Assembly (NCBI GenBank): GCA_018398765.1 | Contig: JAHBMJ010000445.1 | Coordinates: 1-47,973, forward strand | Direction: 5' to 3' | DNA: 47,973 nucleotides | Source: Chromera velia | Taxonomy: Eukaryota | In this document: piece by piece, positions 26,222-36,476 of the stretch | Layout: each line of letters starts with the position of its first letter | Numbering within the stretch: the first letter of the stretch is position 1 | Made by a program: the position numbers and the translations under genes | Notes under the pieces: generated by a model | The model's database searches: none | The model's input: only the letters and a program-made list of their open reading frames with translations | What the model was told of the DNA's origin: nothing

Positions 26222-27710
26222 TCAAAGCCGATCGCGAAGGTGACCAAGACCGGCTGCTAAAAGCAAACCAAAAGTGATGCGACGGATGTAACGCAAAAGA
26301 AAACCGCATTCCTGCAATTCTTTCCACACACCACATAAAACTGTAACAAACAAAGAATCAGGACATAACAAAAAAAAGAAACGCACGCAAAATATGAGAA
26401 CGCAAAGTGTCAAGAAGACGATGTGCAGGAATAGCTGATTGCGCATGAGCGTAGCAAGGAAAAGGAAGAGGAGCTTTCACTCTACCAGCTAGCAAAGAAA
26501 CACGACAGCGATTGGGGTCCTTTGGCAATAAAAACAACCGGGTACAGCAGTCGCATGGACGAAGCTCGAACTGCAGAAAAGTGTCCGAATTTTGCTCCTC
26601 AAACATACATTCAACAGCATAAAAATCCTTCCTGCGAAGACTTGCACATATGTGATCTTTTTCTAAAGCAAAGGGAAGGCGAGCAACTAGGAGCCGATCA
26701 TCCATCCATCTTCGCACCACACGCTTACTGCCCGACAAGGAGCTAATCTTCCGGGCTGTGGCCCAATCACGTTCCACCAAAGGCGCACTTCCATTTGCAA
26801 GGGCCGGTGACAGAGGAGAGCCTTGTGCAAACCCCTGCCGCTGCCACACATGACGATTCCCAATAGCTACAAAGCAGGTCGCAAAGTCCAATTTCACAAA
26901 ATCCAGAATTTCGTCAAAAGAAAGTGCCCATGCATTCTGGAACCGGCCGTGTGTTGAAACAAAAGCTGTAGGCCGAGTATGACCCTTGGGCGTCCACTTT
27001 CTCCCTCCTTTCCCCATGATTGTGGCAGAATGAATCCGAACACCCCCAACAGAAGAAAAAGGCAATACCAAAAAAGAATACCGACGAGATGCACGAAGCT
27101 CATCAAACACACAAGAAAGTAAATGAAGAACCAATGCTCGGGGAATTAAAGGATAAAAGTTCTTAATGTCCTCGACATGAACGAAGATCTGACTAAAATG
27201 CGAAACAGACGGTAACATCCTTCCCCGAACAGCAGTAAAATGGGCGCATTCGATATCTCCCGACCCCCCATTAAATTTTTCGATGTCTCGCATAAAAGTA
27301 AACGGTGAAAACAAGGTCGCATGTGGACTTAAAGTGGAAAGCAGTCCATTCAATAACCGATACACAATCGAAAAGGGCTTTTTCCATGCGTGCCTTACAT
27401 ACGACACCAGTGGGCACCACTTCAGTTCAGAGAGCTGTTTAGGGTGCCCGTCTCTAAACGATTTTGCTTTCAGCCACACAATCCCTCGCCTAAATGCATG
27501 ACGCCCACGAGACTTTCTTCCCATTTTCTTCCCTAACTCCCCAATCCCTTTTCCTTTTCCAAAGAGCTTTTTTACTGCTTCTTTTTCCATCAACTGAGTA
27601 CACAATACATAGTCAAGATTCTTTACGAATAGATTCTCCACTGCATTTGCATAAACCTGAGGACACACAAAGAAAAGGTCCCCTCCTGACCAATCCATGC
27701 AGCTGCCCAA
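26222..27710 (-). pseudogene. PLE/TERT-like reverse transcriptase of PLE-A
   Basis: Motifs as above; a 4-bp CATG insertion near 27697 relative to the copy at 34308; frameshift at the T-run near 26370. Confidence 0.88.
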
Positions 27711-28338
27711 TAACTAATTTACTGCACAAGTCTCTCACCACTGCTCTAGATGGCACAGAGCAGAACCTCTAGGCCTGAGCTATAAAGAACGAAGAATTGC
27801 TAAGGCAGTACATTAATTCTTTCTTCCATTCATGTTTCCTTTCTCCTCCTTCCTCCCCCCACTTCCGTCCCCACACCCTCGATCGAGCGAGCCTTTAGCT
27901 AAGTGTTGCTATTACATGGTTAGCGACCTCATTTATTGAAGGAATAAAACGAAATCGAGAGTTCCAATTCTTGGAAGTCGCAAACAGGTGCTGCAAACCA
28001 GAGGCTGTCGACCACTTATCCACCACATGCCCCTCCACCAGGTGCAACCCGAACCTACGTCCAATGTCTGCACATGTGCACGGAACTGGCAGCAGCTCTC
28101 TCTCTAACCAACGTAAGCGCGCAGTTGCCTCTTTCTCATTTGAAAAGAGATCCCTGAGAGTCGTTCCTTTTTCTGCTTACAAACGAAGAAACACCTTCTT
28201 TTTCCTTCTTACCCCTGCACCACCCCCCTCCGCTGCCCTATGCATGAACAAATCAAAAAATGAACGAATACACGAATGTAATACAACGCGCACAGACTGG
28301 AAAGCAAATAAAGGAACGCGAATTTCTTGATACCACAC

Positions 28339-29022
28339 TTACGCTCGGACCAAAGCCCAGTCGAATCCTTTTGCCTCACACAGCCGAGAGAGGTTGCTGA
28401 CAAAAATAGATCGAAAGAACAAATCCGATGCCATCCGAAGAAAACGAGAGTAGAATGCCACCACGTCCTCAAAAATCAACGATGTCTTTTTGAGCTGAGA
28501 CGTTGGTCGGGCCTTACGGGCCAACCAAGCATAAAACCATGTGCAGAACCAGTGCACCCCTACCCCATGCCTTGCTCTCAGACGATCTGCTTCCTTCTTG
28601 AATTGATTTCTCTGAGCTGTCTGAATGCTGCAACCAGATAACGATGAAAAAAGACCGAAGAGAAGAAAAGAACGCACCCCTTCCCCCGCTCCCGTCTTCC
28701 CGCGAATATTCAGGCTCAGTCTTATCGCATCAATCAGATCTAGCTCTACCGCATGCAATAAATGTTTATTCAAGTCCCCCCCCCCTGTCAAAATCCGACA
28801 AACAGGCAGCATGATGAATTCATGTAAAGTCTTTTGATTCATAACTTCGTATAAGTCCCCCCCCGCCCCCTTCCTGGCCTTACTGGTCCTTTTCCGATCT
28901 TCCTTTGCAACTGTTACATGCCCATCCCATCTCAGTAATGGTACTGCCTGGGTTGAACCGAGATACAAACCACGCTGGAATGGAGAGAAAATAAGATATG
29001 TGATGCCCCCCTCTGGTTCCAT
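28339..29022 (-). pseudogene. GIY-YIG endonuclease domain of PLE-A
   Basis: GITY..LYLGST..R..H..E..LN pattern. Confidence 0.8.
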
Positions 29023-30425
29023 CAGCCCCTTTTGTACTCCTTCCCCGTATTTTCTGCACGGACGTGAAAAGCCCTCCGAGATGGATCTCTCCTCACTGCC
29101 TGCTTGGTGCCCTCATTTCCTTTTTCGGATCACCGCACTAGCTACCTTGAGCAGCTCCAGCGTCGCGACTGGGGGTCTCTCTGGGATGGAATGCACGTCC
29201 ACCCCTGCTTTCTTCACATAAGCAATAAGCCTACCCCTCACCTCTCCCTCGCTGAGCTCGGTACCGCCGTCCTTTATCGCAAACTGCTTCATCTGACTGA
29301 GTAATTCATCTGCTCCCTCTGCCACCTGCCTGTCCTGTTCGTCTGTCTCATCCAGAATGCGTGTACAGAGCTCGGCCTAGGCGACCTGATGATACTTGTA
29401 TTCAGGAAGCGAGAGCGGGTCCCGCTCTCCGGACGGGGCTGCCCCCCCGACCTCTTCACCCCCACCGTCTCCCTTTGGCGCTCTCCTTGCTGAGACGCGA
29501 GTCGTGACTCGCAGGCCTGTCGTTCCATCCTTCCGCAGCCTCCCCGGCTCTCTCCTGAGCTTGGATGGTGACGGCCCATCTCCCTCCTCCATATCCTCTA
29601 CCTGCTGCTGCTGCTGCTTCTTCGGGCTTGAAGTTCGCTTCTTTCCCCCCGTCCCCTCCTGGCCAGTACTGATGCCAAACGATGGGAGCTGGACAGAACC
29701 CCCCCCGGTTGGTACTTTCTTTGGGGTAAGCGGAGAATCATCACCTTGGATGACAACCGGTCATCCGGCGTCTCCATGCCCAGCCGTCAGCCCTTTTTCC
29801 ATCCCTGCACTCAGTACGCAGTGCCTATGACCCCCCTGCCACCCGTCTCCACGTTGAAGAAACTTAGTGTCCCCTAACAGTTACTGCGGTCTGGCCCGGT
29901 ACTCCTCTCCTGCTGCCTCTGCTGCACTACCCCATAGTACCCCCCCATCCTCCGTTGGGCCAAAGAAGGCCCCTGTGGGATTCCACTTGCCGTCTCCTCC
30001 CATCCTCTTGCTCTCTTGTCTCCTGTTTCCATCCATCCTCCCCCGATCGGACCACCTTCCCTCTCTGCAGGCCTTCACGATGCTTTCGAGCGCTGCTTTG
30101 ACCTTTACCTCTTCATACTTACATTCCTCCAGAATCATTATGGTATGAAGGCCCTGAAGCCTGCCCTCAACACCGACTTAGCCCGCTCAGTGTCGTTTAC
30201 ACATGCCCTTTCATACCCCCCCGGGTTGCTATTGTAAGTTGGGTTCTTCTTGTTGAACGGACGAAACGCTCCCCTCATTGGATGGTATGCCCAGATCATG
30301 AAGACATCGAGCAGCTCGACACCTTTTGGATGTCCTTTGAAGACGTCTCCAAACTCCGAGTAGAACAATTCTGATCACTCCTGCTCGCGGGTAGTTGGAA
30401 ACCACCTACGAGCCACGTTTTCATA

Positions 30426-31825
30426 CAATCAGTTCAAGAAATTCGATAGGAAGAAACACCACTTTGGGATTGGGATCCTTTGGGTGAAACGTAAGTCTTG
30501 GGGAGTTGAGGAGGAGCTCCCTGAGTCTTGGTCCTCTTTGAAGTACAGGCCATTGGTATCTTACAAGAGACATGCCAGACGTGAGATTTTCTCTTTCCTT
30601 TGTAAGGCTTTGAATGGCTGTCTTTCTTACTTTTCGCCGCATTGTGACTTTGACTCTGTCTTTGCTTTTCAGGATAAGGTTGGGATCTTTAATTCAGGGT
30701 TTGGGAGACTTGCAGATCGTGGCTCTTGTGTTTCTTCTAATTCGTATTGGCCTCGGGGTGGACTTGGTCTGCTGATGGACGACATCAAAGCATTTTTTCC
30801 CTCTCTACCCAGAGCTGATTTCCTTTCTTGTTTGAATGACTTTGTTTATTTCATTCATTCTTCCTCTAGATATCGCTTTGTTGTGTTGCCGACCCATAAG
30901 TCTTTTTGTATTAAGGAGGCGAGTCTGGGAGAGGGTGAGAAGTGGTATTCTTAGAGATGTTACTTGAAACCTATTGCTTTTTCATCCTCCCACTGCAATT
31001 ATACGAATGCACTTTCTTGCCTTCTTGATATGCTGGCTCGTATAATTAATCTTGATTTTGTTTTGAATATAATTCGGGTTCGAGGGAAGATGGTCAGACA
31101 GCATGAAGGTTTTCCTCAAGGGAGTCCATGCTTTCCTGGTGGGGCCCGATTTTTTACCGCGTGAAAAGAGTACTCTGTTGCATTGATGAGATCGAAGCCT
31201 TCATGGGGGGGGGAGAAATGGATGGTAGGGAGATACATGGATGATAGAACGATTGTTTTTAGGTCTAACTGTGGTATGAGTGACGTGCCGGATAACCCCA
31301 TGATGGAAAAGTTACTTGAGGAAGACTTCTACAGTCCTGCATGCGTTTTAGAGCGTCAGAAGGGATCTACGGTGCTTGGTCTGCGTCTTTTCTCTTTACC
31401 GGAATCTCCTTCGATTTTGCTTTTTACTGCTGTTAATCCTAACCGTGATGTTCTTTTTAATTTCTTTCGTGATTTGGTTGCTTTTTCTCTGTTGCCCATT
31501 TCTGGAGGATGGTCGTCTTTTCGTAACTTACCTTCACTTTGTAGAGTGCGTCTGATGCATGCTTTCTCCTATGTTCCTTCTGTTTCGGCCAAGAAGGGCC
31601 TAATATCCTCCCATCTTATCCGGACACTCCTTTCTTGTAATGCACCTGCGGTTGTCCTGGTTGACGAACTTACTTTTCTGTTTTTGGAGTTGTATATTTT
31701 GAGATGGCCTGTTTCGTTTTTGCTTGATTTGTTCATGTCTGCAATCCGTCAGACTGGTGATGATGGTCTTCGTTCTCTTTGGAAGGCGCGTTTGTCTTTT
31801 CTTTGTTTTGTTCTAAAATAATCTA
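30426..31825 (+). mobile_element. PLE-B: 5'-truncated, divergent Penelope-like RT inserted antisense into PLE-A
   Basis: One frame with two stops (TAG 30952, TGA 31162): LKYRPLVSYKRH, LMDDIKAFFPSL, GFPQGSP, GRYMDDR, stop at 31819-31821. Flanked by CATA at 30422-30425 and 31826-31829. Confidence 0.82.
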
Positions 31826-32219
31826 CATATGACTGATTTTCAACGTTACGGCCTTTTGTTGTCGTTTGCTTCCGCAAGTGCACCTGAGAACCGTCAGCGA
31901 TAGACAAAAGACAGCGGTATGGATACGGAGGGGCGTCGCGCGCGGGACACACGTACAGACGTTCTGGCTGAAATGTCTGAATGACTTTCCCTTGACCCTC
32001 AAGAGCCCTGTGCATGCTCTCCAGCTGAGCAAACGAAGTATACGTCACCAGGTATTGCTCCTGCCCCTCCGGCACGTTATTGAAGTTGTACACTTTTACC
32101 GATCGTTCCGTTTCTGCACTCACGGGACGCAACTCGACAAACATGCTGCCTCCAGGCATCCTCCCAAAGCCTCTTCCTTCACCTCCACTCTCTCCACCAC
32201 TGACGGGAAACCCACTCAT
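31826..32219 (-). pseudogene. Probable displaced N-terminus (~130 aa) of the PLE-A polyprotein, unknown domain
   Basis: ATG at 32219 (MSGFPVSGG...). Removing PLE-B plus one CATA joins ...ENQSY to ENVARRWF... in frame with the 30138-30368 ORF. Confidence 0.6.
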
Positions 32220-32928
32220 TGGAAGAGACAACCGAACGACAATCGAAATCAATCAATCAACCAATCCACTCGATCCAAAAATGATATAAAAGAATCAAAA
32301 GATATTAATAAAAGAAAGTCACAGGCTAAGAAATAAATAAAATAAGAATGATTGTCTGGCAGGGAAATAAAAATGATAAGAATTTAAAAAGAGAAAGAAT
32401 TGGAAAAAATTGTACACTAACATGTAAAAGGTCCCAAGTTATCCTAAGTTCAAACTGTCTGAATCAAACCCAACCTCTGGCACTTTTGTAAAGGACAATG
32501 CAGAACCATACAGAACACTAACATGTAGTGACCAGATTTGATTTAATAGGATTTGATTTGATTTAATTTGCTTTGATTTGATTTGAGCTTCAAGCTTAAA
32601 TCTGACCAGATTTGAGGTAGATTTAAGATTGAAGTCTAGAGGTCACTCTCGACAACACTGAAGACGACATGACACAGTCGACACCACTAGCAAATTCTAA
32701 AAAGCCTTAAAGATAAGAAAATCACTAAAAACTAGACTAAAAGCTAAATTAAGACTCTCAAAATTATAATAAACTATTGTCAAAGCTAAGAGTTTATATA
32801 AGTTTTTATCTTAGCTAGCAATATAATCTTAGAGTTATCCTAGAGAGTCATCTTAATTTAAGACTAGATTTTGTTGTTGTTATGCATGACCTGTGGGATT
32901 GTTTGACATCGTTGATCGGTTTGATAAG

Positions 32929-33152
32929 CTAGGCGTATCATAGCGTATCACAGCAAAAAAAAAATAATTAAAACCAGTTCTCATTTATTTTTTTTTTCTT
33001 TTTTTTTTTTTGATGATGTTTGCTAACAAACAACTGCTGTTACACAACTGTAACAGTTGTTTAGATGTTGCAAGAAAAGAAAAAAGAAAAAAATAATTAA
33101 AGCCAATTCCGGTTTTTTTTAAAAATATTTTTTTTTGCTGTGATACGCCTAG
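32929..33152. mobile_element. hAT-type MITE nested in the 32526-33660 element
   Basis: TIRs CTAGGCGTATCA / TGATACGCCTAG extended by GCGTATCACAGCAAAAAAAAA; 8-bp flanks TTGATAAG / TTGATAGG. Confidence 0.82.
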
Positions 33153-33576
33153 TTGATAGGGGGGGGGGCCAAGAAGGGCCCAAGGCAATTTAAGAAAAAA
33201 GCGTAAAAACTGCTATAGTACAACACAAAACCACTTTAATAAAAACTACTTCAACCCTCAATCAAAACTTGAATATCTAAAAAATAGAGTGGATAACCTC
33301 TTTTTCACTGAACAGACCTTTGGAATTAAAAGCTTTTGGATGTTCATATTCATATGAAACCGATGAAAAAATCTTTTTGTGATCATTTTTTTTTTTTCTC
33401 GCACAGAAATGTGTGAAGACTCATTTGAGAGACTGGATGGCGGATTGACCTTGAAAATTTGAGGTTAAAAGGTCAGATTTGAAGTAGATTTTATAGGATT
33501 TGATAGAATATATCATGCTAAAGTTTCTTAGGCCTAAGAGTTGATTTGAGGTTAAGCCCTACTTCAAATCAAATGA

Positions 33577-33614
33577 TAATTGAGGGTTTTTTCCTGCATG
33601 CCGCGTCCCCACAT
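33577..33614 (-). mobile_element. Severely 5'-truncated copy of the short retroposon at 39315
   Basis: Matches 39315-39352; absent from the homologous hAT end at 25830-25860; flanked by ATGA. Confidence 0.65.
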
Positions 33615-34282
33615 ATGATTCAAATCAAATAGAGTCAAATTAAATCAAATCTGGTCACTACTAACATGCAAAAGGTCCCAAGTTCAAACCCGACCTCTAT
33701 CACTTTTACATATATACTGACGCATGCACTAAATATACGTAAACTGGCAACTGACGCACGCTTAGTGAGATAAATAAAGATAAAAACGAAGCGCACCCAC
33801 ATTGGTTTTTACCCATGTTATAATTGGATAGCTAGCCAATTATTGGTAGACCGCGTATTTGGATCCACGCATCATCCGCGTATGCAAATTCACAAAGTGC
33901 ATGACACATGAACAACACTTAAACAACATATTTTTTAGTTTGATATCAGAAAAAAAACAAAAAACAAAAAAGTGAAAATTAATGACTATTCTTTTTTTTT
34001 TTAAAAAAAAATTACCCCTAGGCTTATCTTAACTTGTAAGCGTATGTAATCATGCTTAGAGGCTAACTTAGAGCTCTTAACATGCAAAGTTTGAGCTCAT
34101 AAATTCTTATGCTTCATAAATTAGGATCAACAGTGTATCATCAACTGGAATTTAATTTTAAAAATTTTTAGTGAAAATCCAAAAAATTCCAGTAAGATTT
34201 CCAGTAATTTGAAAAACAACTGGAAATTCAACTCGAAATTTTATAGGGTATACACCGCAGCGAACATCACTTAGAAAATTTG

Positions 34283-36217
34283 ATTAATATACTGCCTTAG
34301 CAATTCTTTGTTCTTTATAGCTCAGGCCTGGAGGTTCTGCTCTGTGCCACCTAGAGCAGTGGTGAGAGACTTGCGCAGTAAATTAGTCATTGGGCAGCTG
34401 GATCGGTCAGGAGGGGACCTTTTCTTTGTGTGTCCTCAGGTTTATGCAAATGCAGTGGAGAATCTATTCGTAAAGAATCTTGACTATGTATTGTGTACTC
34501 AGTTGATGGAAGAAGAAGCAGTAGAAAAGCTCTTTGGAAAAGGAAAAGGGATTGGGGAGTTAGGGGAGAAAATGGGAAGAAAGTCTCGTGGGCGTCATGC
34601 ATTTGGGCGAGGGATTGTGTGGCTGAAAGCAAAATCGTTTAGAGACGGGCACCCTAGACAGCTCTCTGAACTGAAGTGGCACCCACTGGTATCGTATGTA
34701 AGGCACGCATGGAGAAAGCCCTTTTCGATTGTGTGTCGGTTGTTGAATGGATTGCTTTCCACTTTAAGTCTACATGCGACCTTGTTTTCACCGTTTACTT
34801 TTATGCGAGACATCGGAAAATTTAATGGAGGGTCGGGAAATATCGAATGCGCCCATTTTACTGCTGTTCGGGGAAGGATGTTACCGTCTGTTTCGCATTT
34901 TAGTCAGATCTTCGTTCATGTCGAGGACATTAAGAACTTTTATCCTTCAATTCCCCGAGCATTGGTTCTTTATTTACTTTCTTGTGTGTTTGATGAGCTT
35001 CGTACATCTCGTCGGTATTCTTTTTTGGTATTGCCTTTTTCTTCTGTTGGGGGTGTTCGGATTCATTCTGCCACAATCATGGGGAGAGGAGGGAGAAAGT
35101 GGACGCCCAAGGGTCATACTCGGCCTACAGCTTTTCTTTCAACACACGGCCGGTTCCAGAATGCATGGGCACTTTCTTTTGACAAAATTCTGGATTTTGT
35201 GAAATTGGACTTTGCGACCTGCTTTGTGGCTGTTGGGAATTGTCATGTGTGGCATCGGCAGGGGTTTGCACAAGGCTCTCCTCTGTCACCGGCCCTTGCG
35301 AATGGAAGTGCGGCTTTGGTCGAACGTGATTGGGCCACAGCCCGGAAGATTAGCTCCTTGTCGGGCAGTAAGCGTGTGGTGCGAAGATGGATGGATGATC
35401 GGCTCCTGGTTGCTTGCCTTCCCTTTGCTTTAAAAAAAGATCACATATGTATAAGTCTTCGCAGGGAGGATTTTTATGCTGTTGAATGTGTGCTTGAGGA
35501 GCAAAATTCGGACACTTTTCTGCAGTTTGAGCTTCGTCCATGCGACTGTTGTACCCGGTTGTTTTTGTTGCTGAAGGACCCCAATCGCTGTCGTGTTTCT
35601 TTGCTAGCTGGTAGAGTGAAAGCTCCTCTTCCCTTTCCTCGCTATGCTTATATACGATCAGCTGTTCCTGCACATCGTCTTCTTGACACTTTGCGTTCTC
35701 ATATTTTGCGTGCGTTTCTTTTTTTCATTATGTCCTGATTCTTTGTTTGTTGCAGTTTTATGTAGTATGTGGAAAGAATTGCAGGAGTGTGGTTTTCTTT
35801 TACGTGACTTCCGTCGTGTTACTTTTGGTTTGCTTTTAGCAGCCGGTCTTGGTCACCTTCGCGATCGGTTTTGAAGGAGAGATTTTGAGTTTTATAGCTG
35901 CACTTAGGGCGGCTGCAATTTTATATCGGTTGGTGCATGGTGAAGGGCGGGTGCGCGCTATGCACCGCTGTTTTGCTTTCGTCCGCGGCCTGCTATGCAT
36001 TTGTTTTTGTAGCATTGGCATGCATTTGTGTGAGTTAGCATGCATGGGCCATCCGAGATTAATGTGCACTTTGCCTATGATTTCGACAATTCGCATGCAG
36101 GCCCTTTGGATCGAAACCGCTCGATCTTCTCGCTTCCTGCAGAGGATGTTGAAAGCTGACACTCCGCAAACGTCTGACAGGTGCATGAAAGTCAGAAAAT
36201 ACAGTTGATCAATGCAA
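34283..36217 (+). mobile_element. 5'-truncated second copy of PLE-A (RT, thumb and 3' end), inverted relative to the first
   Basis: Reverse-complement match to 25879-~27817 with the same 3' end (..TTGATCAATGCAA); RT frame open at 34308-35738; TTAGAAAAT near both flanks (34271 and 36218), a possible TSD. Confidence 0.92.
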
Positions 36218-36476
36218 TTAGAAAATGTTAGAAAATAAAGTTTTTTACACGATTTTTTGTAAGAAAATGGTTTAATTATATAAGTTTCCCGTAAATTGCC
36301 GCTAAATTTTTAAGGTATGCAGTAAAAAATATTAGAGTAGTATAGAGTAGTACATCTTGAAGGAATCTTAGCTATGAGTTGATTTTGTAACAAAAATCTA
36401 AATAAAAAATTGACAAAATTCTGACACGAGGTAAAACATGAGTCACGGCGGACGATGGCGGAAGTCTGAAAAGCTG

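Larger units (their letters stand above)
25879..32300 (-). mobile_element. Penelope-like retroelement PLE-A with N-terminal GIY-YIG nuclease (Naiad/Chlamys-type domain order), inactivated and interrupted by PLE-B; 5' limit approximate
   Basis: GIY-YIG GITYLIF..GLYLGST..RWDGH..E..LN (28690-29010); linker DLFSNEK..CTC..EGHV (28025-28150); RT PLVSYVRH, VEDIKNFYP, QGSPLSPALAN, RWMDDR (26358-27710); thumb continues to 26222. One frame runs from ~30170 to ~27900, broken only by stops. Confidence 0.85.
32526..33660 (+). mobile_element. Non-autonomous hAT-type DNA transposon, 1,135 bp, with nested insertions
   Basis: 22-bp TIRs TAGTGACCAGATTTGATTTAAT / ATTAAATCAAATCTGGTCACTA; perfect 8-bp TSD CTAACATG (32518-32525, 33661-33668); subterminal GATTT repeats. 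Confidence 0.93.

Noticed and set aside
27895..29883. In-frame stops as selenocysteine or an alternative genetic code
   Set aside because: All three stop types occur, the host genes end at standard stops, and C>T damage explains them.
30426..31827. PLE-B as a spliceosomal intron of the minus-strand ORF (GTAGAT donor)
   Set aside because: There is no AG at the in-frame junction; the CATA duplication fits better.
36172..36196. Hammerhead-like CTGACAG-GTGCAT-GAAA at the PLE-A 3' end
   Set aside because: The core is not CTGANGA and stems I and III cannot be formed; it is better explained as a TCTGAC/GTCAGA hairpin. CTGATGA at 29386 and at ~24993 (minus strand) also lack a matching GAAA.
35849..36208. 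119-aa ORF open in both PLE-A copies (also 25888-26247)
   Set aside because: About 15 amino-acid differences between the copies and no ATG at its start; probably 3' UTR.
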